The notes beneath the pieces are model-generated. The model saw only the letters and a program-made list of their open reading frames with translations. It searched no databases and was not told where the DNA came from. The translations under genes were made by a program, and so were the position numbers. A stretch of 62,907 nucleotides of DNA, the filler included, from Octopus bimaculoides (taxonomy: Eukaryota), in NCBI RefSeq assembly GCF_001194135.2. It is 7 parts of 5 records of this genome, joined end to end, with 100 filler letters (N's around TTAATTAATTAA, not from the genome) between each part and the next. Parts side by side here need not be neighbours in the genome. Positions count along the whole stretch, not along the records: positions 1 to 16,551 come from NC_068981.1; 6 more parts are not named here. One strand, 5' to 3'. Within the stretch, counting starts at the first letter, position 1, and each line of letters starts with the position of its first letter. This document shows, piece after piece, positions 1-12,782 of this stretch.

Positions 1-58
1 ATATATATATGTACACATATACATATACATACATATAAATATTTATATATACATATAC

Positions 59-255
59 AAAAAGTATGAGATAAGGAGACCAATGGCATAAATAAATTTA
101 TATATCCTCATACAGTTGTAATAAATGATCCTTATCTTCTACTATTACCGTCTCCTATGAAGGGATACATTGAGTTTTCCCTAAAACACCTGTAAGACAT
201 TTTACATAAAATATAAATATATTTATGCCATTGGTCTCTTTATCTCATTCTTTTT
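59..255. mobile_element. MITE-like element with ~41-bp terminal inverted repeats
   Basis: Left end aaaaagtatgagataaggagaccaatggcataaataaattt matches the reverse complement of the right end (aaaaagaatgagataaagagaccaatggcataaatatattt) with 3 mismatches; no internal ORF; flanked by (TA)-rich microsatellite. Confidence 0.75.
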
Positions 256-504
256 ATATATACACACGCTAATACACGACCCATGTTATATTCCCCATTC
301 ATGTTGCAACTACATCTGGGGCAAGACGATTCGGTATACACCACTTACTCGGTATTACCTGTATCATTCGGGTCCGGTTGACACCATTACCCTTCATAAT
401 CTTTATATACATATACATACATATATAAATATATACAAACACACACACATACACACACACACATACACGCACACACACATACACATATATATATATATAC
501 CTAC

Positions 505-537
<33 letters not shown>

Positions 538-1301
538 AACACACACACACATATATATATATATATATCCATTTCTTCATACATATGAGTGTGTGTCATA
601 TAGACAAACAGAGATATAAAGAGAGATGGAGAGTAAGAGTGCGGTACATGCTCAATTGCACACACACATAAATACATTCCGCTGACACAAGTGTTAATTA
701 GAAATAATCATATGAAGTGGACAGTTGCAAATATAATCGTTTTCGTACAATAACGTATTAGAAAGAAAATGACCTACAATTGAATATGCAAATTAATTGA
801 CATTGCTTCCGGAATCGAATAGATTTTTGTAAGAATCATAAGTGATACTGTATTTATAATTACTAATATCCAGGGATTTCTTGAATAGGATATACCTATT
901 TGTCTTGAAGTTGAATTCACGATATCTTTCTCAATTAAGAAATTTCTGAGGCGCCAGAAGTATACATGGCAGTTTTAAAGGACTGTATCATTCAGGCAAC
1001 CCTTCGTGTGTAATGTAATTAAGCTTAATTAAATACACCGGAGAATTCTAAATAAATATTGCTGGCGCCATTTATTGTGTATTAATCAACACACTTTTCA
1101 TGAATGCTTTATTTATGACAATAAGTAAATCCGATTTCATGCTTTTCATAATACTGACCTTACATACATACATACATACATACACACATACATACATACA
1201 TACATACATACATACAAATAGTTATGCATCCATCCATCCATGAAAATATATGAATATCTATATATCCATGTACATATCTATATCTATCTATCTATCTATA
1301 T

Positions 1302-1354
<53 letters not shown>

Positions 1355-1914
1355 CNNNNNNNNNNNNNNNNNNNNNNNNNNNNNNNNNNNNNNNNNNNNN
1401 NNNNNNNNNNNNNNNNNNNNNNNNNNNNNNNNNNNNNNNNNNNNNNNNNNNNNNNNNNNNNNNNNNNNNNNNNNNNNNNNNNNNNNNNNNNNNNNNNNNN
1501 NNNNNNNNNNNNNNNNNNNNNNNNNNNNNNNNNNNNNNNNNNNNNNNNNNNNNNNNNNNNNNNNNNNNNNNNNNNNNNNNNNNNNNNNNNNNNNNNNNNN
1601 NNNNNNNNNNNNNNNNNNNNNNNNNNNNNNNNNNNNNNNNNNNNNNNNNNNNNNNNNNNNNNNNNNNNNNNNNNNNNNNNNNNNNNNNNNNNNNNNNNNN
1701 NNNNNNNNNNNNNNNNNNNNNNNNNNNNNNNNNNNNNNNNNNNNNNNNNNNNNNNNNNNNNNNNNNNNNNNNNNNNNNNNNNNNNNNNNNNNNNNNNNNN
1801 NNNNNNNNNNNNNNNNNNNNNNNNNNNNNNNNNNNNNNNNNNNNNNNNNNNNNNNNNNNNNNNNNNNNNNNNNNNNNNNNNNNNNNNNATATATAGGTAT
1901 GTATACATACATAA

Positions 1915-2110
1915 GGCGTCTAGAAGCAATTCCAAACCATAAAGGCAATAATTCACGTCATGAAACAGGGACAACTGAAGAAAGGGTATATTCTTTATGT
2001 TGCATGGCTCGTGTCTCTGCTTGTGGTTTTCGTTGTTTGAAAAAATGCACGTTATCTATGTTTTCGTTTCTCATTGTGTTTAACATTTTGTTTGATGCCC
2101 TATACCCATA
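1915..2110 (+). repeat. Dispersed repeat, possibly a Penelope-like terminal segment; related copy at ~25365-25480
   Basis: Shared motif order ca(a/g)ctga(a/t)gaa(a)ggg..tatt..tgtt..gtt..cct(a/g)taccc at both loci; family assignment is a guess. Confidence 0.35.
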
Positions 2111-2254
2111 TATGCATGTATATATACATATATATGTAGATATGTAGATATATGCATAAAATCTAAACTACAATTTGGGATAATTGCGAAAGGGAATGAA
2201 AAATACAAACATTTACCATCTATTTCCTGGACCATGTTATTGCTCAGGTCACTA

Positions 2255-2320
2255 CTTGCAATTGAAATCCAAATTTCGGGGTTAGTAGCCCGCGCACTTA
2301 GCCACTACGCCATATGCCCG
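2255..2320 (-). mobile_element. tRNA-derived SINE head (decayed)
   Basis: Minus strand reads gggcatatggcgtagtggctaagtgcgcgggctactaaccccgaaatttggatttcaattgc: A-box TGGCGTAGTGG and a degenerate B-box; cannot fold as a complete tRNA. Confidence 0.5.
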
Positions 2321-2424
2321 TGGGCAACAAACAAGATGAGGACAATTATCCGTTGAATGTAAATAATGCAAATAATTTACATAATACACATAATTCCTCA
2401 TCTCTTAAATATAGAACTGTATCT

Positions 2425-2795
2425 ATGACGTGGTTTGACCGAATTCATGAAGTAATTATTGAAAATAAAGATTGCAATATTATGTGGTATGCAATGCTTT
2501 GTTGTGCCCATCAGATTAGACATCGAAAATCTTACATTGTTTTAGGGAGCAAAAAAAAAAAAAAAAAAANNNNNNNNNNAAAAAAAAAAAAAAAAAAAAC
2601 ACAAGCGATTATGTAGGAAATAGGCAAGTTATGGGCAATGAAAGAAGTAGACATGATACCAATAGTGATTAGCGGGTCGGAAGTGTGAGTAACCTACTAT
2701 CAAGATGGCTCAAAACGTCTGGAATAAATATAAAGATAAAAGACATCGAAAATGCATGGAACTGCAAGAATTCTCAGCGGGATTCTGGAAGCTAG
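2425..2795 (+). mobile_element. R4/Dong-clade non-LTR retrotransposon 3' fragment (restriction-like endonuclease region), decayed
   Basis: WFDRIHEVIIENKDCNIMWY..CAHQIRHRKSYIV, then EIGKLWAMKEVDMIPIV..RWLKTSGINIKIKDI..GTARIL; resembles the R4/Dong RLE C-terminus (ENE..KILWD..DH.I.HRRPDI; LW....IPIV.GALG; GTARILRK). Confidence 0.75.
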
Positions 2796-2889
2796 TTCAT
2801 TGAAGCATTGTCAGTTTAGTCAGCTTCTTCTGGGTAGCTGTCATTTTCCATCATACCCAGCAAAATACGCTGAGAATTTTCATAAATAA

Positions 2890-2946
2890 AACAACCACTA
2901 CCACCACCAACAACAACAACAACAACAACACAACACCACCAACACC

Positions 2947-2978
<32 letters not shown>

Positions 2979-3002
2979 CAACATCAACAACAATAACAAC
3001 AA
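2890..3002. repeat. (CAA/CCA)n trinucleotide microsatellite
   Basis: Directly visible. Confidence 0.95.
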
Positions 3003-3059
3003 TTGTACGAATTGTTTGTGACAAGTTTAAATCAGGAATACATATGTCGATGGACGGTG

Positions 3060-3680
3060 GTACTGACACTGACTGGAAGCCAAATAGAGACCCTATGTTG
3101 GAAGAAGCGCTAAAGTTAAATTATAGAGGATGCATGATTGACAATATAGGGCAATTAACAAGTCCAGGTTTCGAGTTGATAAAAGGAATAATGTACGCTC
3201 TATTTTGAATAGAGAACACGAAGCTGGTCCACATATAATACAAAAGAGACGATAATACTCCAAGTATGATTCGATGAGAGATGTACTATAATTAGAGGCC
3301 GGATATAGCAAAGATGCAGTGCGAGCAAACTAAAAAAGTTGTGTAAGCAAGAATGACAAGGTAAAGATAGTTTGATCTAGTTATCCAATATGAACTTCGC
3401 AGGTTGCGTATAGTGATTGTGAACAAAGAAGAAAAAAAACACTCTTTAATGATAGATATTGAATGCCCTTGATAAAGAGATCAGATAATGGCATTGGGAT
3501 ATAAACAGATTGTTTTCGTTGAAGAATATACAAGTTATACAAAGTTTGAAGCCATGGGAACTATATGTACGAAGATTACAAACTGGATTGAAACGATAGG
3601 AATTAATGTGAAGATACAGCATTTATAGAAAATACCGTTGCTTGGAACCGCGCAAATCTTACGCAAATTCTCGAAATTTC
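3060..3680 (+). mobile_element. Second R4/Dong-clade 3' fragment, decayed
   Basis: Frameshifted RFRVDK..HEAGPHI, YKR.DDN, and NWIETIGINVKIQHL*KIPLLGTAQILRKF (LLGTA.ILRK terminal motif). Confidence 0.75.
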
Positions 3681-6277
3681 AATGGAGTGTGTTCCTTCAG
3701 GATTGTGTGTGTGTGTGTTTGCGATGTAGTATGTGCGTGCGTATGTGTGTTTCAGTGTGTGTGTACATCGATGTGTGTGTGTGCGAGAGTGAACTTGTGT
3801 GCGGGGTAGGGTGTTTGTGTGTAGACAGCTGATTGTTATATCACCCAGTGAAGGGATGTGTTAAACCAAATTAATACAAATAATAAATAATTGCCTACTT
3901 ATTCTCTCTAAAGTTTACATTGGAGTGAACACTACGAAGGTAATAAACTATTTAATTCTCATCTTCAAAAGGGCTAAAGTACTGATTTCTAGCAATAATG
4001 GTAACAGTAATATCAAGTGATGCACTATATTTAAGTTTAGTTTGGGAATGGTTATTAAAATTGGTAATATTCTTCATATAGTTTTTCTTGTGTGCGAATG
4101 CAAGTTCGAGCAAAAGATGCTACACATGTCATATTACATCTACGTTATTAATACATTTTTCATATACTATGCATTAAAAATATTGTCTACCATATTGTAA
4201 AATCCAAAGAAAATTGTATGTAAAAATAACCAGTACATCTAACAGACTCCATTTTCCCCACTTATAATGCATTTCACTATATTCAGAAGAATCAAATTTT
4301 CTCATCAAATATATTAATATCATTATTGCTTCGGTTTTCTAGAACTTCCTAGATGATATCAGGTGTAAGTATCATGCGAGTTTGACGATTATGCACAGCA
4401 GCTATTCAAAAGTATCGTGACTATATATCTACGATGAAGTTCATATATTTCACTCCAGTTATAATTAGATATTTTCTAATTTCACTGTCAGACGTTACAC
4501 GACGAATGCTCCGTTTCTTAAAAGCTATACAATGACAAAAATCACTATTAATTTAAAGGCACTTAACCTATTTTAGGAATTTATGATTTAACAGGAATCT
4601 GTAGGTCAGATACGTTTACCTAATCAAATAACTACCTACTACTCTCAGGATCAAAGGGTATATTCCTCAATGAAGCAATTGAATACAAAGCAGAGAAGGA
4701 TGCTCTAACCATAAGAGAGTGGACATGTGGAGAAATGATTTATCATATGTCTCATACATCATTTTTGAAAAGGGACAAAATAGAGAAAATAATCAAATCA
4801 TATTTTTAAATCGCTTTTACGTTCATAATGCTTTATTTTCATTTAATGTTTTAATATTATTCACAGAGTCTAGACTGTGACATTTTTGTCAATATTGTCT
4901 GTTCATTTTCTCCCGGATTTATTCACACAATGGACACAAAGTAGATCTATAGTTTATTTTTGTAAGATAAGGGAAATTCCGGTAAAATGATGTCGATACA
5001 TTGTTGGAACAATACATTTGTCTCGCTAATTCTTTTAAACCGCTATCAATTAATGCAAATTACATTATGGTATATTTTACGTGTGCATATAGAGTTAAAT
5101 GAAAACTTGCTTTAAAGTTAGAGAAACCAGTAGTGAATATATCATATAAAACTGCAAAACTTTAATGACGTCACATTATTTATAATCTCTCACTCTTTCT
5201 ACATATGTACACGTGTGTGTGTGTATGTGTGCGTGGACGTGTGTAGCTATTTGTGTGTGTAATTATGTGCATGTTTATATAAATATAAGTGGGTATGTAA
5301 ACAGACATACAATATATATATANNNNNNNNNNNNNNNNNNNNNNNNNNNNNNNNNNNNNNNNNNNNNNNNNNNNNNNNNNNNNNNNNNNNNNNNNNNNNN
5401 NNNNNNNNNNNNNNNNNNNNNNNNNNNNNNNNNNNNNNNNNNNNNNNNNNNNNNNNNNNNNNNNNNNNNNNNNNNNNNNNNNNNNNNNNNNNNNNNNNNN
5501 NNNNNNNNNNNNNNNNNNNNNNNNNNNNNNNNNNNNNNNNNNNNNNNNNNNNNNNNNNNNNNNNNNNNNNNNNNNNNNNNNNNNNNNNNNNNNNNNNNNN
5601 NNNNNNNNNNNNNNNNNNNNNNNNNNNNNNNNNNNNNNNNNNNNNNNNNNNNNNNNNNNNNNNNNNNNNNNNNNNNNNNNNNNNNNNNNNNNNNNNNNNN
5701 NNNNNNNNNNNNNNNNNNNNNNNNNNNNNNNNNNNNNNNNNNNNNNNNNNNNNNNNNNNNNNNNNNNNNNGCTAGCCAGTACCAGCATTACTAAAATAAG
5801 ATTCAAAGCAACTATCAGCCACGTGAGAGCTCTTTTCTAACGACTGACAGAAGAGACAAACTCTCTACGGCAGGCCAGATGGAGTCATTTCAGCGCTGAT
5901 TTCAGAATTGAATAACCTTCATACGTGACCCATTACTCCGTCGCCGAGTGTTAAAGAACTTAACTTACCATGTCACTCTTGTAGAGAACATCATAGGAAA
6001 TATCGACTGATTCCAAACATTGTGATGTGAGAATTATAAATTCTTAAGGCGACTATTGGCAATTTACAACCGAAAGGCAACATCTATATTCGTCACTATC
6101 TATCTCGTTTGCCGTAGGGAGCTTGTCTCCCTTGCCAGTCGTTACAAAACTGCCATACGTGACTAAGAATGGTTTTGAGTCATATTTCTAAAATTAAACT
6201 AATTTTATTTATTTCAATATTTTCCATTTTGTTATGGCATAAAGATGTTGCCTCAAAGCGATGGAAACCGTAGACGC

Positions 6278-6650
6278 TTGGTTTTCCACATGGTGCAAAT
6301 AATGTATCGCTCACGGCGGCGCTACAGAGAAAAGAGTTTCAGCTGTTTAAGTCGAGCCTAATAATCAAGTCCCATCATGCCATTTAGTCATTTGTTTTTG
6401 TTATTGATCTTTGTGGCACTTCGATCCTCAGTATGTCTTGTTTTTGTAGGAGGACTACAATGAACACCAGTATTCGAGGTGAGGCCTAGCGAATGTGGAG
6501 AAGAGAAGGATAATGGTTTCATGATCCCTAGATTGGAAATTTCTGAGGATCCATTAGCACATTCTGCGGGCAACATCGAATTTTTTGTTGATGTGCACAC
6601 TCCAACTAAGGTTGCTGTCGACAGTTACACCTAGGTCTGATATTATCCGA
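6278..6650 (-). mobile_element. CR1/L2-like LINE ORF2 C-terminal fragment
   Basis: Minus strand: SDLGVTVDSNLSWSVHIN..WILRNFQSRDHETIILLFSTFARPHLEYWCSL, then GMMGLDY*ARLKQLKLFSL*RRRERYIICTMWK; typical CR1-group post-RT motifs (DLGV.VD, RPHLEY, SL.RRRER). Confidence 0.85.
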
Positions 6651-7113
6651 CGGTTCGATGGCGATGTTGCTTGTAATGATGATGATAGTAATGGCTGTTG
6701 TGTTGCTGGTGATGGTAATGGTGATGGTAGTGATGTTTCTGGTGATGGGTATGAGGAATTGGTTGTTATAGTAATCATGGATTGAGCAAATTTTTGTATG
6801 TGGGCATTTATAGGATGGCATGTTAAAAGGTCAGTAACGGTAGGTTATTTTCGTTTAGTAGAATCGGCAGCTATTAAGTGGAGTATTGCGGAAGATGCTC
6901 CTTAACGAGGTGATAGGATTTCGAAATGTCTTTTAGTTTAGATTCCACTTGTTTTGCTGTTCGATTGTCATAAAGTGGGGCAATTTTAGAAGCAATGTCA
7001 CTGAGGCATGATGCTTGTGTTTTGGCTTTTAGTGAAAGGTCAAGCCAGCCACTGAGTAGAATAGCAATTTCATTCTCTATCCAGTGAAGTTTCTTTTGGG
7101 CTATTTTACTCAT
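6651..7113 (-). pseudogene. Myb/SANT-like (trihelix) DNA-binding protein remnant with Ser/Pro/Thr-rich tail; probably transposon-derived (e.g. PIF/Harbinger accessory ORF)
   Basis: MSKIAQKKLHWIENEIAILLSGW..IASKI..RTAKQVESKLKDISKSYHLVKEHL fits the W-x3-E-x3-LL-x2-W and RT.KQ..SK.K...K.Y trihelix pattern; good Kozak context (accATG); frameshift and stop before a PSPETSLPSPLPSP region. Confidence 0.7.
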
Positions 7114-7129
7114 GGTGATAGCAGTTCCC

Positions 7130-7510
7130 GTCTTTTCTTTCGTTCATTTTGCTTGTCAATAATTTGGGTGGATTCGTTTTTTTCTCTATGTAAGGAGAAC
7201 AAATAATTTTGAATGTAAGGGGTGTTTGGGATTTGCGAAATTGTGTGGTGGTATTAAAATGTATATTCTTGTGTATGTGACCGTTAGTTTAAAACAGAAC
7301 TATACGTGTGAAATGTCGTAATGATGCTAGTTGCTGTAAAGTTATTTTACTCTGTTTGTTATGTGTCTTTTCCTTCGCTCGTCTTGCTAGTCAATATTTT
7401 AGGTGGTATATCTTTTTCTCTATGTGATAGAGAAAAGATAGTTTTGAAAATGAAAGGTGTGTGATTTTTGAGAAATCTTGTATTTGTAGCCGTTAGATAT
7501 AAACAGAGCG
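7130..7510. repeat. Degenerate tandem duplication (~235-bp period) upstream of the Myb-like ORF
   Basis: tcttttctttcgttcattttgcttgtcaataatttgggtgg..ccgttagtttaaaacaga (~7131-7298) versus tcttttccttcgctcgtcttgctagtcaatattttaggtgg..ccgttagatataaacaga (~7365-7507). Confidence 0.7.
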
Positions 7511-7715
7511 TTTTAAACAGATATATACGACTGAAAAGTCAATAGTGTGTGTTTAAATTCCTCTGACTGCTCAATGAATTTAATAAAATCACAGGATGCA
7601 TGTGTACTTACGTATATAATTAATAAAATCACAGGAGAAATTTGCACTGAACTTACGAGAAATTATTTGTTTTTCAACATGTTGTTCCAGTTACTATATA
7701 TATATNNNNNNNNNN

Positions 7716-7762
<47 letters not shown>

Positions 7763-8307
7763 AATGCATGTATGTTTGAGAGTGTGTCTGTGTGTGTGCG
7801 TGTGTGTGTACAAACATACATAAATACACACATACGTACGTACGTACGTATATTCATGTACGCGTGTTCAGCTCGCATGCACAGTTGCCTCGGGCAAAGT
7901 AAGTCAAGACACTAGATGTATTCAGATATTCGAAATTCATATACAGCTACCTATCGATTCAATTTCCGGTAACTGCATGTATCCAAATACGCATGCATAC
8001 TTATAAAGCATCAACAGTCACAAAAACGTGTAAAGACATAATTATACGTTTCACGTATAAAATGCGTTTGCAAACAACCGACTTCTTTCATAAACGCTAA
8101 AGAAACGTATTGCGTATGCTGAAGCGTTCATTTCTATTGGCTGAATCTATACAGATCACAAGCACGTTTCATCTTTCGACTCCTTTTCATCGTTGATATA
8201 CATGCCTAAATATACGGATAAACACATATATATACGCGTGCATGCAACCGCAGATTCACAGATATTTACAGATATACACATACACACAAACAGTAGAATA
8301 TAAGGAA

Positions 8308-8346
<39 letters not shown>

Positions 8347-9502
8347 AATATTTGCTATGTGTCAATTATTCTTACGTACGTACGTATTATACATGTATTT
8401 GAAGTAGTGCAGTTGTGTCATAGTATCACATGTTCCTGTTGTTCTACTCGTTTAATGATATGTGCGTCAAGATTCGTGGCAAGTACGTAAGTATGCACAT
8501 ATACACACGCACATATGCATACATTGTTTACTTGACAACCGCATACACACGCTCACACATACGTAAGTGCATGTATGATTGGACATAATTTCATGTGTGC
8601 GCGTGTGTGTTCCTTTGTGGGTTTGTACGTACACACGCACGCACACACACACATACACACACACACACACATATGTATATATANNNNNNNNNNNNNNNNN
8701 NNNNNNNNNNNTATGGATATACATAAATGCACACGTTTCCTATGCGTCTGCATATACAAACACAGTTTCCGATATATGAAACACAATATAATTTTCCTGT
8801 TGATCGGTTGCCAGAGATTCCATGATTCAATATATTTTCTTAAATCAGAATCCGTATCATACAGCATATTATATTCATCCGATTAAAATATGCACGTAAT
8901 CATGTGGTTTAGCATTACAGTAAATATATCTTATGTTATTTGGGTGATTAATCAAATACGAGTTTGATTTTATCAACATGAGAATTTGCCAGATACTGAT
9001 TCAAAAATAATAGATTCCTAAAGCAGAATATCTTTATGGAGATGGGACTGATTTCTCTTCTCTCTATGCACATAATGGTAACTATAAAACTCTTACACGA
9101 CAAAAGGCTGCTTAAGACATCAATGCCCGCATTCACACATGGTGATAAAATCAGTGTCACATTTATATTGTGATATTTGTGACAATAGCTCCATGGTTCT
9201 TTACTTCCATATCAGTGCAAACAACTCTGCTAAAAAGGTTATATATTTTATGCCTAATATCACTATATTTTCGATATTTCTTTCACTTGTTTATTTAGAT
9301 TACAAGCCATATATCTATTAGAATATATATATGTCCGACAATATTAAACCGTTTTCAATATTTCACCGCTTGTATTCAGGTGGTTATATTTAACTTTCTT
9401 ATTATTTTATTCAATAATAACTAGAGCATTCATTCATATCTATTTCTCTTGTATCTGTAACATTATATGTATATTTCACGTATCTATTTTTATGTTCAAT
9501 CA

Positions 9503-9536
<34 letters not shown>

Positions 9537-12355
9537 TACACACATACACACACACAGACACACACACACACACAGAAATCGTATGTTCGGTAAATAGCAT
9601 ATTTATATTATAAAATACTAGACTTTTGTTAGAAGGGTGCACTACACACACATAATGCATTATGCATTTAGGCTCTGTAGCTTTCGGCTATATTTTTGTA
9701 GTTCCATACATTAACAATGACTGTTATTGATGATAAGCAATGACTGTACCTCGTATTTCCGTTTTTAATCTCCTGGTGAGTATTCATGACCGCTTCAGTA
9801 TTTCATCCGCAATTGCTTGTATGAAAATTCCCAAGACGAATCGCCGACATATAAATTTACATGTTCTGAATTATGTTTCTTTTATTTTCCTCGTCATACT
9901 GAAATATTTTAGTATATATCTTACCATACTATCATAATACTGTCAGCTGCAACGATTTCTCAATCACATTACTATTGGTATAAAGATAAATAATTCGATG
10001 TTTTTCAATCACTGATAATTCATACCTGCTAACTTGCTGTAATCATTAAACCAACTTAAACATTATGAGTTAAATTTATATCTGCGTAGATATTTTTCTT
10101 ATCATATCTTTGGGGAAATATATTAGTCACTAGTTTATATAATATATAATCTGATTCAGAAGTAGAATACCGAATCGCGGATTATGAATTGTAATCAATA
10201 ATAATGTGGAGCATCACACCATTACAGCATTTTTTTTTCTGAGATATAGAATAAGAACGTGTAAAATGTGAACATAATCGTTACAATGTTTGATTGCATC
10301 TGCTTTGTCGTTATATTCAGTTTTTTTATTTTGATTTCTAGTCATAATTAATTAAACATTACTTATATATTTCTTGGGCCTATAAATTAAACGCTATACA
10401 TATCAATGGGTTGTCGATATTTTTGGCAGTACCACAATATCGTGTAGACATGCATTCCAATGATAGCAATGCCATGAGGGTTAGGCATAATGTATCGCGA
10501 TCAAAATTATTCATATTGGCTTAAGATATTCATCATTATAAACTATGATTTAAAAGAAATGCGTATGCTGTTTATAGAACGTGTAGAATTTACTCAGACA
10601 ACGATTGCATCCCAACATGTCAAAAACATTGCGATGAAAACAATATTATCAAGGAAACAAGTATAAAAATAATGAAACAATATTCATTGAATTTATTATA
10701 TTCAAATTATTTCTTTTTTTCTTTTTCAATAAAATATATATTTTTCAATACAGTCTTATATTTTCACTAGGTAGATTAGGTCGTCCTTAATTTAGAATAA
10801 ATAATCCGTCACTAACATGACAACATACTCTGAATATGTATTAAATGATAATTTTCCATTGAACAATGCATAGTCTTGCACATGTCAATCACAACATTAT
10901 AATAATAACAAGTGGTAAGCGCTAGCAGCAATACATATGCGTCGTTAAATCCCTGGAATATCTAGTATTTGTGCGGAATATTATAAATCATATTAGCATA
11001 AATATATGGAGTGAGCAACTAATACACTTTGAATAGGCTTGATTCGTGTAAATGTCTTCCAAATGAAAACAATAACGTAAAAGGATATGAGGATCGGCAT
11101 AGCAATTTATCATTTTAGGCTATATACATTCTGGAAAGTAAATGGAAACATATGGCCTTTACGGAAGCGATGTATATATTACTCTTCATAACAATATATA
11201 ATGTCGATAAGGCATCAGGCGTAACTTTATATATATGCAAATCTGTGCGGTACATAGATTTGTAAATAATTCAATACGCTTAAGCGTAAGATGTGTAAGT
11301 ATTACTGCGGGCGTGTGAAAGGCTATAATTATATCTGTTCAAATGCAACGGAGAATAAATTTTATAGCGGAAAAGAAGTAATTTTCCCTATTCAACAATG
11401 TGTCACCCATGCACCTCAATGTTATTCTTGTGATTCACAAGATTCTCTAAAAATTCCTGCAAAATACTGAAAAGGTGTGTGCAATAATCGAATAATAAAG
11501 GATCTAAACTTTCGCAAGGAAAAAATACTTAGCTTGTGAAGATCTCAATATTACTATCGAACGCATTCTTGAGCAATGTAACTCGTACGCGCGTCCACAC
11601 GCGCACTCACACTCACACACACAAATACACATACACATACACACACCACGTCATACATGGATAGATATATAGAATTATAACAGACTGATTGACAGATGCT
11701 TGTAGAGCAGGTACATACACACATATATTTATACGTATATATGTATATATGTGTAAGTATATCAATAACATAAGCATAGANNNNNNNNNNNNNNNNNNNN
11801 NNNNNNNNNNNNNNNNNNNNNNNNNNNNNNNNNNNNNNNNNNNNNNNNNNNNNNNNNNNNNNNNNNNNNNNNNNNNNNNNNNNNNNNNNNNNNNNNNNNN
11901 NNNNNNNNNNNNNNNNNNNNNNNNNNNNNNNNNNNNNNNNNNNNNNNNNNNNNNNNNNNNNNNNNNNNNNNNNNNNNNNNNNNNNNNNNNNNNNNNNNNN
12001 NNNNNNNNNNNNNNNNNNNNNNNNNNNNNNNNNNNNNNNNNNNNNNNNNNNNNNNNNNNNNNNNNNNNNNNNNNNNNNNNNNNNNNNNNNNNNNNNNNNN
12101 NNNNNNNNNNNNNNNNNNNNNNNNNNNNNNNNNNNNNNNNNNNNNNNNNTATATATATATATATATATATATGCGCATATGTGTGCGCGCGTGTGTTTTT
12201 GTGAATGTATATGTGTAACTATGTGCGTATGTTTGTATGTAGGTATGTATGCATGACTGAATAAAGGTATATATAATCAATGGAATTAGGCATGTTACTG
12301 AGGTAGTGAAATATCTCTAAACATTTGTATATACATACTGAGAAAGAGAGAAAGC

Positions 12356-12386
<31 letters not shown>

Positions 12387-12572
12387 TAAGAGAAAAGAAA
12401 GAATGGGAGAGAATGAAAGAAAGTGAAAGCGAAAGCGGAACCGTGATACAGAAATAGATTAGTATAAACAAATAAAATATTATCTATGTTCGATGTAGAA
12501 ATCTATAATATCCTGTCAGTTACCTGTAATTTCAAATTACACGTGTATATATATATGAATGCAAACGAGTGG

Positions 12573-12782
12573 TGTGGTGGTGCTGAAATGTTCCTGGCAT
12601 TAGGTAAAAGAATATACAGGAGGATCGGTTAATTAATAAGGATTTTATTTTTCCGTCTCAGGTTGGCAAATTCATTGCAGCTGTCTTTCAGTTTATCTAT
12701 GCCCTGAAAAAAAAATCAGAAGGTTGGGCTTCCAACCAAGCCGTTCATGATGCTCCTAAAGCTAGGAACTTTTTTTACCTCC
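12573..12782. mobile_element. Mariner-derived MITE (diverged copy; same family as 38132-38349)
   Basis: ggtggtgctgaaatgttcctggcattaggtaaaagaatatacagga..aaggttgggcttccaacc..aaagctaggaacttttttacctcc aligns end to end with the 38132 copy. Confidence 0.65.

Noticed and set aside
9700-11600. Long unique AT-rich stretch as a hidden gene
   Set aside because: The frames I translated close quickly, and the best splice-bounded segment (ending at gtgagt near 9777) has stops in all frames.
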